Shown here in pieces: positions 36,301-46,885 of a stretch of DNA of 49,115 nucleotides (position 1 is the first letter of the stretch; each line of letters starts with the position of its first letter). A program made the translations under genes and the position numbers. The stretch comes from Octopus bimaculoides. Taxonomy: Eukaryota. The notes beneath the pieces are model-generated. The model ran no database searches and was not told the DNA's origin. It saw only the letters and a program-made list of their open reading frames with translations. Location: positions 54,499,554 to 54,548,668 of the forward strand of contig NC_068981.1 in NCBI RefSeq assembly GCF_001194135.2, read 5' to 3'.

Positions 36301-39300
36301 GGCAATTTTGTATGTGAGAAAGCCATTAGATTTGAAGTTGATATTTTGTATTGCATTGACAAGTGGTTTATGAAACTTCTTTTGATACATATGAATGCCT
36401 CTCAGTGTTGTTGAAGTAACTAATTCTGTTTTTATGTTCACATTGAAAGAGGTATTTGAAGTCTGTTCATTGAAGCATTATGTGCATGGAGTGAGGTGTC
36501 CATGTTGCTTGTTAATGACATTGGTGTCATGTGTTGACGGAGATTAAAGGATGAATTATATGTATTAAAATGGGAGTTAGAACTAAACTGCTAGCAAAGC
36601 ATAGGTGGAAAACAAGAAGAGTGAAGGAGAAGTCTAAATATTGGGGCTGTACCACAATTTATAAAATATGGGCCTAAGTGGCTCTTCAACACAGGCTATA
36701 ATAATGGAAGTTTGATAAAGAAATGCTAACCATACACATATGTGTGTGTAAGTTGTCTAAGAGTTCATAAGCCAGGAAAAATGCACTCGTATATTTGTCA
36801 ATAGAGTGGGTATATTACCCGAAGTGTACAGTATTATACTGTACTACAGCTGATCTTACCAATTGGTTTTGCACTAGGGACTAAATAGAGTGTTAGGTAA
36901 GTCGGATTACGTAATCCTACGCTCCTCAGAGGTAGCTGAGGTGGAATAGAGAGCAGTTGCCATATTTCATTCCATATTGGCTACTTCTGATGAGTGTAGG
37001 GTTGAATCTCTAGCGCAAAATCAAAAATTGGCCATAATGGATGTATAATACTGTATAATTCAGATAATATACACACACAGTGAATTTGTAATGTGGTTAT
37101 CTTATAGCAGAAATTATTTTAGAGTTCATATATCTTATCTTTTACTCGTTTCAGTCATTAGACTGCAGCCATGCTGGGGCACCACCTTGAATTTTTAGAT
37201 GAAAAAATCAATCCCAGTACTTAATTTTTAAGCCCGGTACTCATTGTATTGGTCTGCCTCGCCAAACCACCAAGTTATGGAGACGCAAACCCACCAACAA
37301 GTGGTGGTGGGGACAAACACAAAGACACAGATACAATCATCATCCTTGTTTAATGTCTGCTTTCCATGCTGACATGGATTGGCTGGTTCGACTGAGGACT
37401 GGCAAGCTGGGAGGCTGCACCAGGCTCCAATCTGATTTGGCAAGGTTTCTACAGCTGGATGCCTTTATGTCAATCACTCTGAGTGTGTAGTGGGTGCTTT
37501 TTGTGCCACTGGTACAGGTGCCAGTCAGAAAAAGTAACTGGCATCATCCACGTTCAAAAGGTGCTATTTACATGCTACCAGTACAGGAGAGTCAGGTGAT
37601 ACTGGCATGGTCCATGCTATTTATGTGCCACCGGCATATATATATATACACTTGATGGGCTTCTTGCAGTTTCTGTCTACCAAATCCACTCACAAGGCTT
37701 TGGTCAGCCTGAGGCTATAGTAGAAGACTTGCTCAAGGTGTCATGCAGTGGGACTGAACCCTGAACCATGTGGTTGGGAGGCAAGCTTCTTACAACACAG
37801 CCACACCAGCACCTATCCTACATTTTTCTAGAGATTTATCTAAATCTGATTTATGTGCAAAGTTGTAGTAAGTTAAAGATTCCTATATTTGCAATATAAG
37901 GATCATGCTTAGAGACCAAGTTGCTTACACCGGGAACAAATGCATAAACCTAAGACTTACCAAGGAAAGTTGAATAGAAACCAACACCAAATTGACCAAT
38001 CAAATCACTCATTTCTGTACTTCCAGATGAATCTAGTTTCTTCAGAAATTCACTAGTACCAGATTTGGCAATAGTTCCTAAATTGTTGACTAAATCACTT
38101 TTAGTCATTCCAATGCCAGTGTCTGTTATATGAAGTATGTGATTTTCTTTATCAGCCTAAAAAGAGAAATATTTTAAAAAAGTTAATATTTCACGGATAT
38201 TAGTCAAAATTCTTTTCAAATAAATATTCCAACTGAATATTCATTAAAAAACATTTTATGCCATAGTATCTTAAAGTTGCCAGTATAATAAATGCCTTCA
38301 TATTTCATTGACAGCTAGCTGCCATGCTTTATTAGGACAGAAAAGTAATAATTTAACTACTTTCATATCCAATACAAATAGATATTAAAATTTATCAATG
38401 AAAATTAAGACTTAAGAAAAAGTAACATATAGAAAACAGGGGATGACATTGTTGCTTGAATCAATCATAGTATTTTACAGATATGTTAACTTTGTATGAA
38501 AAGACTATGGTAGATTTGCAAAAACTCATCAATACGCTACAACTGCTCTTCTGAACTGGCAAACTGCATATAACATGCTTTTACTACCCCACTAGAGACA
38601 TCCCTCACTATACACTTAGGCTTTTCCTCCAGAACTGCAGTGCTTTATATTTTTCACACCAGCATGCACCAAGAGTTGGGGCTAGACACTACAAAGTGAC
38701 ACCCCAACTAAATAACAAATGAATAAAAGGGATGTTAAATGACATGTTAGTCTATTAAGTAGACCGAGTGTTTAGAATATCTAATGTTTCCAACTTCAGA
38801 TCATGTGTAGATTATGTAACACTTTTGCACATGCTATTTCAAATGACTGAGAATGAGTTGTAAGAATACAGTCTGTCAAATTAATCTCTGGAAGAATGAA
38901 AGACATATAGAACTTGATGGACTTTCAACTTGTAACAAAGGGATGTAACTAAATACAAGACATCCTTACGAGTGACAGTAACAATATTAATATACAGAAT
39001 AGCAACTATTGTTTATTTCTTTACTGCCCACAAGGGGCTACACACAGAGGGAACAAACAAGGACAGACAAATGGATTAAGTCGATTATATCGACTCCAGT
39101 GCGTAACTGGTACTTATTTAATTGACCCCGAAAGGATGAAAGGTCAAGTCAACCTCGGTAGAATTTGAACTCAGAACGTAGCGGCAGACGAAATACCGCT
39201 AAGCATTTCGCCCGGCGTGCTAACCTTTCTGCCAGCTCGCTGCCTTGTTTCTGCCTACACTCCTCAACCGGGGCTGCCAGAAAAATCAATTTTATGACAT

Positions 39301-42300
39301 CCTTTGCAGACTACCTCATTGACAAATAATATTGGCCTTCTCTCCATGGGGTGCATGGAGGCTATCCGCAGTGAGGAGGGAACTAGGCTGTTGGACTTCT
39401 GTGATACAAATGACCTGATGATCTGCAATACTAACTTCAGGAAACCAGACAGTCACCTGTTTACTTATCAACCTGGTGGCCATACAAGCCAGATTAATAT
39501 TCTCACCAGAAAGCAAGAAAGATGGTTGCTTGTAAATGCAAAGTGCTTCCCAGGTGAAGAGTGTACCCCATCAACATAGGTTAGGTTAGTTGTTAGTGAC
39601 TTCAAAAGAAAAGAAAGGTCTGGAAGCTTATAGTCAATAAGGTTGTTCATGAGGGAGTCATACCCAATGACTAATGTAGCAGCATTATAGTCAACTGCTA
39701 CAAACATAACGGTGACACCTTAGAAATAATTAGAGGTAGCAAATTACTGGACCAGATGATAGCTACAGAGGACCATAGCTCAAATTAGCGCAGGGAGTCT
39801 AGATGAGATGCAGTTTGGCTTTGTGCCAGAGAGAAGTACCACCTGGTAAGGCAACTGCAAGAGTGTACACCATGAACATAGGTTAGTTGTTAGTGATTTC
39901 AAATTTCAGGCTAGAAGAATGCCAAGAAGCAAACCAGTTCTTGAAAAGAAAGGTCTGGAAGCTTATTGAATCAGGTTGTCCATAAGGAACTCATACTCAA
40001 TGACAGGTGTATTTCGCCAAAAATAAACCTCTGTACTTGGCTTTTGTCAACATAAAGAAAGCCTTTGACAAAGTCTTCCATTCCCTGGTCAATGTGGAAG
40101 CTAGGGATAGATGCATGGTTGGTGAGAGCTGTACAAGGATGCTATCAGTAAGGTGAAGGTTATCAACAATTATAGTAATGAATTCAGGGTAGAAAGTTCA
40201 GAGAGCTGCTACCTTTGTTGGTAATAAAGGACCTCTCTCTCAGAGTGAAAGGCAGACTGCATGATGTTTGTGTATGAACAGTCATGCTACATAGCTTTGA
40301 AACATGGGCTGTGACTGCAGAGGACATGCAAAGGCTTGAAAGAAGTGAAGCCAACATGCTCTTATGGATGTGCAATGTCAGTGTGCAACAAAGTTTAATC
40401 ATTTTAAGAAAACATTGTGTATAAGAAGCATCAGATGTAACATGCAAGAGAAGACTGCACTGGTGTGGTCATGTGATGTGTATGGAGGAGGACAGCTGCA
40501 TAAAGAAGTGCTGATTTTTAATTATGGAGGGAACTTGCGAAAGGAGTAGACCCAGGAAGACTTTTGGCAATTTACTGTGCTTGAGAAGACATCAAGCTAA
40601 ATGAAATGTGGTCGTTGCCAGTGTCACATTCAGAACACCTGTGCTGATGGCACACAGAAAACACCCCGTACACCTCTGTAAAGTGGTTGGTGTTAGGAAG
40701 GGCATCCAGCTGTAGAAAGTAGGAATAAACAGATGACTCGGGCCTTGTACAGCTCTCCAGCTTACCAGTTCCAGTCAAACTTTCTAGCTCATGGCAGCAT
40801 GGAAAATGGATGTTAAATGATGATGCTAATTCATGACTGAGTTTCAATCATACATTGGGCTCAAAATATATTGTCTTGGAGAAATTGTTTTACTAAGACA
40901 TTAACAGCTACAACCATTAAACTCTTGGCAATATGCAACTTAATATTTAAGCTAAGTGGTTTTATATCTAAATATGGTTGATTAAAAAAAGAAAAATGAT
41001 AATTTACCAAAAATGAGTTTTGATAGCAGAAAAAGTATTTGAATTGAACATACCTTTATCTTTATGCTCAGTTCTTCAGTGGCTGCAAGTGCATTCTGAT
41101 CAGTAACAGCCAGGAATCTTATTTTATCCAATGCATCAGAAGCATTAGAGATAAGTTCTCGAAGGAAGATCTAAGAAAAACAAAAAAAAATGTTCAAACT
41201 TTTGTGAAGGTAGCATGAAGGATAAAAGAAGCAACGAAAATGACTGAAATCTTCAAAGAAACAAAAGAGCGATAGTAAATACTAACCTCCTTATTTTTAT
41301 ATAAAGAGTTAACAATAAGCTTCATCATTCGATTTACTTCAGCCTGGAATGCATATTTTTCTGCTTTATCTCGTAGTTCTTTCATTTGAGCAACATTTAA
41401 ACCATCAAGCTTAATTGCTTCCTCCTCTCTATGGTTACAAAAAAAAAAAAGAAAAAAAAATTTAAAGGTTTTAAAATTTTACAACTTACACAAAATAAGT
41501 TATGTTATTTGCCAGTTACTTCCTTGGAATAGTCTCACTAGAAATTGATTCATATTTAGATCTGGCATAAACTTCTACATCCATTTGGTTAATATCTCAA
41601 AGAATTTAAATTTTATTCTATAGTATGAAGATACAAAGGAGATAAAAATGAAATTCTTCATTAGCTTGAAGTGTTTTATGGTAGAAAAAATATCAAATGG
41701 TAAAAAATTCACGACTTAAATACCAATTTTAAATTTTGGCTCAAGGCCAGGAATTTAGTGGTGAGGGGCTCAACTGGCACTTATTTACCCTGAAAGGATA
41801 AAAGGCAAAGTTGGCCTTGGTGGAATTTGAACTCAGAATGTAACATTAGATGAAATGCAACTAAGCATTTTGCCTGGCATTTTAATGATTCAGCCAACTC
41901 GTTGCCTAATTCAATATTAATTATTGAAAGCCAGTATACACAAACTAGCATGAAAAAGACAGTATGTTACCTTTTAACCACTTCATCATCTGTTCTTGAA
42001 CCATCTTGTGATTTTCCAATGCTTTCTTCCACACTAACAGCTTCAGGTGTCTCATCACTAGCTGCTGCAGCTGAGATGCAAGCTAATTGAAATAAAAAAA
42101 AAAATTAAAAAGATGACAAAACACAAGTATAAGAACAATGTAAGAAAATAGAATTCCAGCATTCTGAAAAAATACCAAAATATTAAAACCTGACATTGTT
42201 AAGTTAACCGGTTTTACTCTATACCTTTAAGTGATGTAGTTCATCTATTCTCTGACAATTATATAATTTTGATGGAAAAGCTCAATATAAGAACCATAAG

Positions 42301-45300
42301 TGGAGTTGTCAATTTTCAATATTAAACTTTTATTCATTGTTTTAACTCATTAAATTGTTATTGTAATCATAATTTTTAAATGAGTGTTTTTGCATTTTGA
42401 TATGAGCTTGACTGTGTCATTTGAGTAAAAATCAAATCTTGAATTGTGAATGTCTACTCTATCAACAAAGCTTGTTTATTTGCATCAAAATCTAACATCT
42501 ATTGCCTCTAACAAATCATACTAAAGCACCTCCTAGTCTTGTTTAGATTGTTCACTAACACAGTATATCACTTTCCTACCTACATTATATGTAGTTGCAT
42601 TCATAAAAGAAATCTTGTCAATACAAAAAGGTAATAATTTATTAAATATTTTCCACACAAGAAACTGTTTTTATGTGTTTCTCCAGATTAATCAGGTACT
42701 ATAACTTTCAATTAATCATCATCATTGTTTAATGTCCAAGAAATTCAAGATTTTCATATTTGGCCATTTACAATTTGGATTCTATCAGTGTAATCACTTA
42801 TAGTACTGACTACAGAAAGTTCCTACAACTTTCTTATAATGGTTAATTTTCACAACAATGTGCTTTGGAGACTAACAAAACCCCATTTTGACCTTATTTA
42901 TGTGGTCTTAATTATGAGAACCAAACAAAAAACATTTACAGACGTCTAAATTTTAAAAAAATAAACCATCTTCTGTAACAAAATTGACTTTCAAGGTATT
43001 GAAATGATAAATAGCCAATCAGTTGGTTACTTAGTTCAGTCAAGTATGAGTCTTCAGGTCTCATAAGCAAGGGTACACAGCTAAACATCTTAGTATCGTT
43101 TAACTAGTACTTAACACCAACTATCCAAATGTCGGGGTAGTGAATTGGAAATTTGCAGCCAACTTCCAGAAACTGTCATTTGGTGGCACTTTATTAGCTC
43201 AATGTTTTCTGGCTATGTTGTCCACACATTCGCTGCTGAACCAGTCATTTTACTAAGAGTAGCTCTTGTAAACACTTCAATAACTTTCTTACAGCCAAGC
43301 CATGCCAACAATTCCAGTAAACCTTAAACAATGAACAATCATAGACTATCCAGAGACAACCACCCAACTGATTTCCATCTTATAACCGTTTTAATCTTTT
43401 GTCTCCAAATAAGAAACTTTGATGGTATATTAGAGTTCATAATTACCTTTATCAAAAGCCAAGTATTTGATCATAATTTTATTACTATCAAACTATAACT
43501 TACTTTGCAACTGAAACAATAGCCAACAAAAGGCTGTTTCTTGTTGACTAGGTTATATACCATGGTTTGCCTGGTGTGCTTTCAAGATTCTTTCAAAATC
43601 ACGAGCCTTAGCTAGGCTTAGCACAATCAGTATTCTTTCAAATTGAAAAACTTTACATTTAAATCCTAATTAAGAATAGAAATATCAATTTTATCTTTAC
43701 TTGAATTATTAGGTTTACGAAGGAGTAGAAATTTAAGTAATCCAGTAGTTACTTCATTCACATAACTTTATTTAAAAAAAATTTATGGTTTTATGTGATC
43801 TTATTTAATTCAATTCGATATTAAATAAAATCTATACTATTTGTAAGAAGCATTGGTACTATTTTAGCTTCCTTGACATACTAAATTGAAAAACGTTGAA
43901 GCGTCGTAGAGAGTATCTAGCTATAAAAATAGCTCAGAATATATTTGAAACATTTTATGATAATACAACCTATAATAGACTGGACAATCAGAATAACGAA
44001 ACGAAAATCTATTACTATTCATGAATGCAAGTACAATATCTCAGTATATCCTGAAATGTATATACTGCTAAAAAAAAAAAAAAGTTAAAACTAATAGACC
44101 GAGTAGTGGAAGTTGCCAAGAAAGTAGCTATCGTAGTGCAGAAACTATTTTAGCATTATGTAGTTTGATTTCCTATTAGGGAGTTGAGATTAATATTTCC
44201 AGTGATCCAGTTTTAGTATTTGGACGATACACCGGGTAGTAATATTTAAATTTACATAATTAGAACGCAGTCACCAGTATTAGCTAATGAGGAACTAACT
44301 TTTGCATGCTTTAGGGGAAGGGCCGAGGGAAATACAAATACGTCTCATATGTAGCAAGTATTTATTTATTTATTTATGGGTTTCAGCCAAGTGGCTGTGG
44401 TCATGCTGGAGCAAAAAAAAAACGTGTATAGATTATCTATGTAATTTATTAGACTGTGATATTTAAAATCTAGAAACAAAATAGCTCCAACAAAATCAGT
44501 GACTTATAAAGAGGTCTAATAAGGTTAAAACACGTTTTGCTTTCACCAGTTAGCTTATGGAATAGATATACTTTTTTCTTTTTACAAAAATTTCGATTTT
44601 TATAATTGACTTATCTCCCTTACTTGTTTTTTAAGGGTGTTTAAAAGACTAGAAGGGGATTTTGTTTACTAACTGCATGGATTATATATAAGTTTATTGA
44701 AGTTGTTCAATTTTCTACTTTACTTTGTCATGTGAGAGCTGTCAGGTACAGTCAATGAATGATGGATAAGTGTAAAGAGGTAAAATATAAGAGCCAACGT
44801 GTCAAGTTGGAAGGTTTTAAATATAAGTGAACACACTAGCACCAAGAGTTCAAAACAACAGAATTGCGAACATGGCTTTTCTGCATTCAAACTAATCTTT
44901 TGCTTCCTAATATGAATCGGGGACTATTTTGGGCAGAGAGGAATGTTACTCTAAAGCGGTATTCAAATATGCCGCAAAAAATGAAATAGGTTCCATTACT
45001 TGTTAATGGAAATCTTCAACTAGTAAGGTTTCCCATATACAAACTAAACTATGGCTTACCAATTCTTCCCATAGAGGCTGGGAAACAAGGGAGTTAAAAC
45101 TAAACAGAAAATGAACACTATAGTCTTATAAAGCATTCACAAAATGAAATGATCATAGAAAATGTCAAAAGACTAAGCTTTGTCAATACCTTAATCGATA
45201 ATTTTGTGAATTTATAAGAAGTTGGTTAACTAGCACTATTTTAAAAACTAGTCTCCTATTTCTAAGAAATACGTAAAACTTAAATATAAAATATTTGGTC

Positions 45301-46140
45301 TTAAATTAGGAATAAAAAACGTTAAATGCTAATATTCTTAATCTAAATCCTATTTTAAATAGAAATTAGAACTGGCTGGAAAAATAAAATAAAATAAAAT
45401 AAACAAAATCAATAAACTGCTCTCCACAAATCAAAAGATTTTATGACAATCTAGATGTTTCCATGGAATACATACTACTTTTACAATTGGTCATTCACTA
45501 TTTACAAGCAAATTTTTTTTTATTTCTACATGTAACAGGAATGATAAAAATTTTATTTGATAATCACAGTTTGCTAGAATTTTTTTTTTTTTTTTTAATG
45601 TGATGGCAGAGAGAACGCAGACAAGTCTAGCGTCAGTTTTGAGTAGTTACAGTAGTTTGCCAGTCCTTGTTCTTTGATGAACCTAACCTCTACACCCAAC
45701 TCTTGATAATTTCGATGGGTGGCACACCAACCAGACTACTTCTATTTAAAATTAACCTATTTCATTTCGAATTGCTCCTAACGTTTGTCCTAAAAATTTT
45801 AATCGTTTTTGGCCTTTACCACTGCTTTTGTCAAACTATTCCAAATTTTTATGAACTCAATCTTTTCTTCCCTTGTATGAATTTGGTTTTCTAAGGTATT
45901 ATCTTTATCCCCTGGAGGTCTTACTCCAGAGGTGAATAAAGTTACATAAAATCTTCAATAAACCGTGTCTATTTACCATTTTTTACGTTTCCAGCAATAT
46001 ATACTCAACTCTTCTGCATCTCATACAAATATAAGCTTTCAAATTTAAATTATTTCATTTATTATAATTCCTAAATCTTTTTCTTCATACACTGTGAAAA
46101 TTAGTTCAGCACAGTTCATACATCTTTATACGTTAGATAT

Positions 46141-46172
<32 letters not shown>

Positions 46173-46765
46173 ATACCACCAGAATAGTACATATATAGAA
46201 TGATGTTAAAGCTTCAGATATTGTAATACGATAAGGGTGCAGGTTTGAAGTAAAGCGAAGGCATGTAATTAAGCATTGTCACAAAGAATATTTTCAGTCA
46301 AGTGTTTAAAACTAAAACTATATACTTCAAAATACAAGGGAAACGTTGAAACACTTAAAGAGATACGATTATAATTTATGTACAAAGTGTTGATGCATGT
46401 GTAACTCGGTCTATCATCGCTATACAATCATGCCGACATACCGAAAAATCTGACCATAACAGGGCATGTTATTTAATAGTCAGAGAGAAATTACATTGAG
46501 GCTTTGAAAAGTAAATAGCAGTAATACATTAAGAATATGTTAATTTAATTAATCCAATATCTATTATAAGTATTTGAAAATGAAAATAGACTTTTTCTTA
46601 TTTCAAATGTAATTAACTATATATATATATTTAAAAAAAAAACAAGTTAGAGTAAAAATACCTACAAGCAGACATTACATGCAGTAGTCGATTATCTAAA
46701 ATAAATTACTTACCAGACCATAAGACAATCCATAGGATTCCTAAAAACGTAAATTGTTTTAGCAT
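18286..46765 (-). CDS. HSP90B1: Endoplasmin / GRP94 (ER-luminal Hsp90), complete 18-exon gene, 794 aa
   Basis: Hand-spliced exons join in frame (52+112+142+117+196+130+112+185+190+78+161+172+246+137+79+156+93+27=2385 nt) with GT-AG introns. Hsp90 motifs: [91 protein letters not shown]. Signal peptide, [10 protein letters not shown]-terminus and terminal SDEL mark the ER paralog. Confidence 0.98.
20047..20282 (-). mobile_element. RTE 3' UTR fragment in intron 17
   Basis: Same block as 770-1090. Confidence 0.8.
20660..20960 (+). mobile_element. Decayed tRNA-headed SINE in intron 17
   Basis: ACTATAGCTTTGGG..AAGCCTTGCAAGTGAAATT similar to 5710-5770. Confidence 0.45.
21124..21216 (-). CDS. HSP90B1: GRP94 exon 17, acidic tail ([31 protein letters not shown])
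   Basis: TTTTAG acceptor, VEEEPEE start typical of GRP94, GTAAGT donor. Confidence 0.92.
22325..23160 (-). mobile_element. RTE LINE 3' end (ORF C-terminus plus 3' UTR) in intron 16
   Basis: Similar to 1-432 and 30640-31160; UTR block at 22325-22560. Confidence 0.78.
23578..23622 (-). ncRNA. Degenerate minimal (Penelope-type) hammerhead ribozyme-like motif
   Basis: Minus strand: GTCT-CTGAAGg-[AT-rich hairpin remnant]-GAAAC-AGCT-GTA-AGAC; stem I GTCT/AGAC, palindromic stem III, GUA triplet; A9 changed to G. Confidence 0.45.
24608..24763 (-). CDS. HSP90B1: GRP94 exon 16 ([52 protein letters not shown])
   Basis: C-terminal dimerisation helices, LFETAT-RSGY; 156 nt. Confidence 0.96.
25589..25667 (-). 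CDS. HSP90B1: GRP94 exon 15 ([26 protein letters not shown])
   Basis: [10 protein letters not shown] motif; pyrimidine tract + CAG acceptor, GTATGT donor; 79 nt. Confidence 0.94.
26116..26252 (-). CDS. HSP90B1: GRP94 exon 14 ([45 protein letters not shown])
   Basis: [19 protein letters not shown] motif; 137 nt. Confidence 0.97.
26355..26830 (+). mobile_element. Fragments of tRNA-headed SINE in intron 13
   Basis: GCAGGTGTGGCTGTGTGGTAAGAAGCTTGCTTCCC..GTGGATTTGGTAGA head; 3' half at 26700-26830. Confidence 0.7.
26900..27145 (-). CDS. HSP90B1: GRP94 exon 13 ([27 protein letters not shown]...FQNVAKEG...ALSNQ)
   Basis: [14 protein letters not shown] and FQNVAKEG motifs; 246 nt. Confidence 0.97.
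28834..29005 (-). CDS. HSP90B1: GRP94 exon 12 ([21 protein letters not shown]...[11 protein letters not shown])
   Basis: Conserved [20 protein letters not shown]; weak GTTGGG donor but frame fits exon 13. Confidence 0.95.
29991..30151 (-). CDS. HSP90B1: GRP94 exon 11 ([31 protein letters not shown]...FWKEYST)
   Basis: Catalytic-loop Arg motif LNVSRE; AG/GT. Confidence 0.97.
30206..32340 (-). mobile_element. 2.1-kb RTE LINE remnant (RT domain to 3' UTR tail) in intron 10
   Basis: [81 protein letters not shown]; stops and deletions present. Confidence 0.92.
32400..32477 (-). CDS. HSP90B1: GRP94 exon 10 ([26 protein letters not shown])
   Basis: Hsp90 middle-domain signature; 78 nt, phase 0/0. 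Confidence 0.96.
32574..32763 (-). CDS. HSP90B1: GRP94 exon 9 ([17 protein letters not shown]...[17 protein letters not shown]...ADRIK)
   Basis: [17 protein letters not shown] motif; lies within ORF 32508-32783. Confidence 0.96.
32846..33030 (-). CDS. HSP90B1: GRP94 exon 8, charged linker ([14 protein letters not shown]...[26 protein letters not shown])
   Basis: Acidic linker followed by WDWEL-N-KPIWTR; AG/GT. Confidence 0.96.
33141..33252 (-). CDS. HSP90B1: GRP94 exon 7 ([37 protein letters not shown])
   Basis: KKYSQFINF motif; AG/GT; 112 nt. Confidence 0.96.
34188..34317 (-). CDS. HSP90B1: GRP94 exon 6 ([44 protein letters not shown])
   Basis: Conserved VADKV-VTSKHN-D-Q-IWES and RGT; phases fit neighbours. 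Confidence 0.96.
34400..34600 (-). mobile_element. Decayed copy of the SINE at 39000-39245
   Basis: ACTTACTTTATCAACCCAGGAAGGATGAAAAGTGAAG..TTTGAACT. Confidence 0.5.
34900..35290 (-). mobile_element. RTE 3' UTR fragment with three tandem ~62-bp units
   Basis: Repeated GCCAGTCAGG-GG-ACTGG...GCTTGAATGGTGCTTTTTAC-TGCCAC unit at 35090-35290. Confidence 0.82.
37135..37812 (-). mobile_element. Full-length tRNA-headed SINE split by an RTE 3' UTR insertion (37337-37640)
   Basis: 3' half at 37135-37335 and 5' half at 37650-37812 are reverse complements of the halves of 5626-6010. Confidence 0.75.
37961..38156 (-). CDS. HSP90B1: GRP94 exon 5 ([65 protein letters not shown])
   Basis: GHKL ATP-binding G boxes; AG/GT boundaries. 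Confidence 0.97.
39000..39245 (-). mobile_element. Well-preserved tRNA-headed SINE of a second family (Meta/Sauria-like central domain)
   Basis: Minus strand: GGCAGCGAGCTGGCAGAA.. head, GTTCTGAGTTCAAATTC B box, GAGGTTGAC..TTTCATCCTTTCGGGGTC core, AAGAAATA tail; family name is recalled, not verified. Confidence 0.75.
39300..40825 (+). mobile_element. Internally deleted RTE LINE (endonuclease end, RT pieces, C-terminus, 3' UTR) in intron 4
   Basis: EG-RLLDFC..DLMICNT-FRK..HL-TY (AP endonuclease end), [40 protein letters not shown], (GAT)n tail. Confidence 0.88.
41054..41170 (-). CDS. HSP90B1: GRP94 exon 4 ([39 protein letters not shown])
   Basis: AG/GT boundaries, 117 nt; Hsp90 signature with catalytic Glu. 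Confidence 0.97.
41287..41428 (-). CDS. HSP90B1: GRP94 exon 3 ([47 protein letters not shown])
   Basis: AG/GT boundaries, 142 nt; conserved [20 protein letters not shown]. Confidence 0.97.
41720..41910 (-). mobile_element. Decayed copy of the SINE at 39000-39245 in intron 2
   Basis: CACTTATTTACCCTGAAAGGATAAAAGGCAAAGTTGGCCTTGGTGGAATTTGAACTCAGAATG. Confidence 0.65.
41971..42082 (-). CDS. HSP90B1: GRP94 exon 2 ([38 protein letters not shown])
   Basis: AG/GT boundaries; GRP94-specific [12 protein letters not shown] motif. Confidence 0.95.
46714..46765 (-). CDS. HSP90B1: GRP94 exon 1 coding part, signal peptide [17 protein letters not shown]
   Basis: ATG at 46765-46763, hydrophobic peptide, GTAAGT donor at 46713, phase 1 matching exon 2; CCAAT cluster directly upstream. 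Confidence 0.88.
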
Positions 46766-46885
46766 GTTGTAGAATTTAATGAATGACAAGTACAGTTGAT
46801 TCGTGTGCCAATGTCCCAAGCCCCCAGTATCCTTTCCACCGGCCTGACAACAACGCCAAGCCACAACTTTTGAAGAAGGGAAATC

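Noticed and set aside
18313-46713. Intronic snoRNAs or U12-type introns in the chaperone gene
   Set aside because: All 17 donors are ordinary GT U2-type, and I could not identify a C/D or H/ACA unit with terminal stems by eye; an Infernal/snoscan run would be needed.
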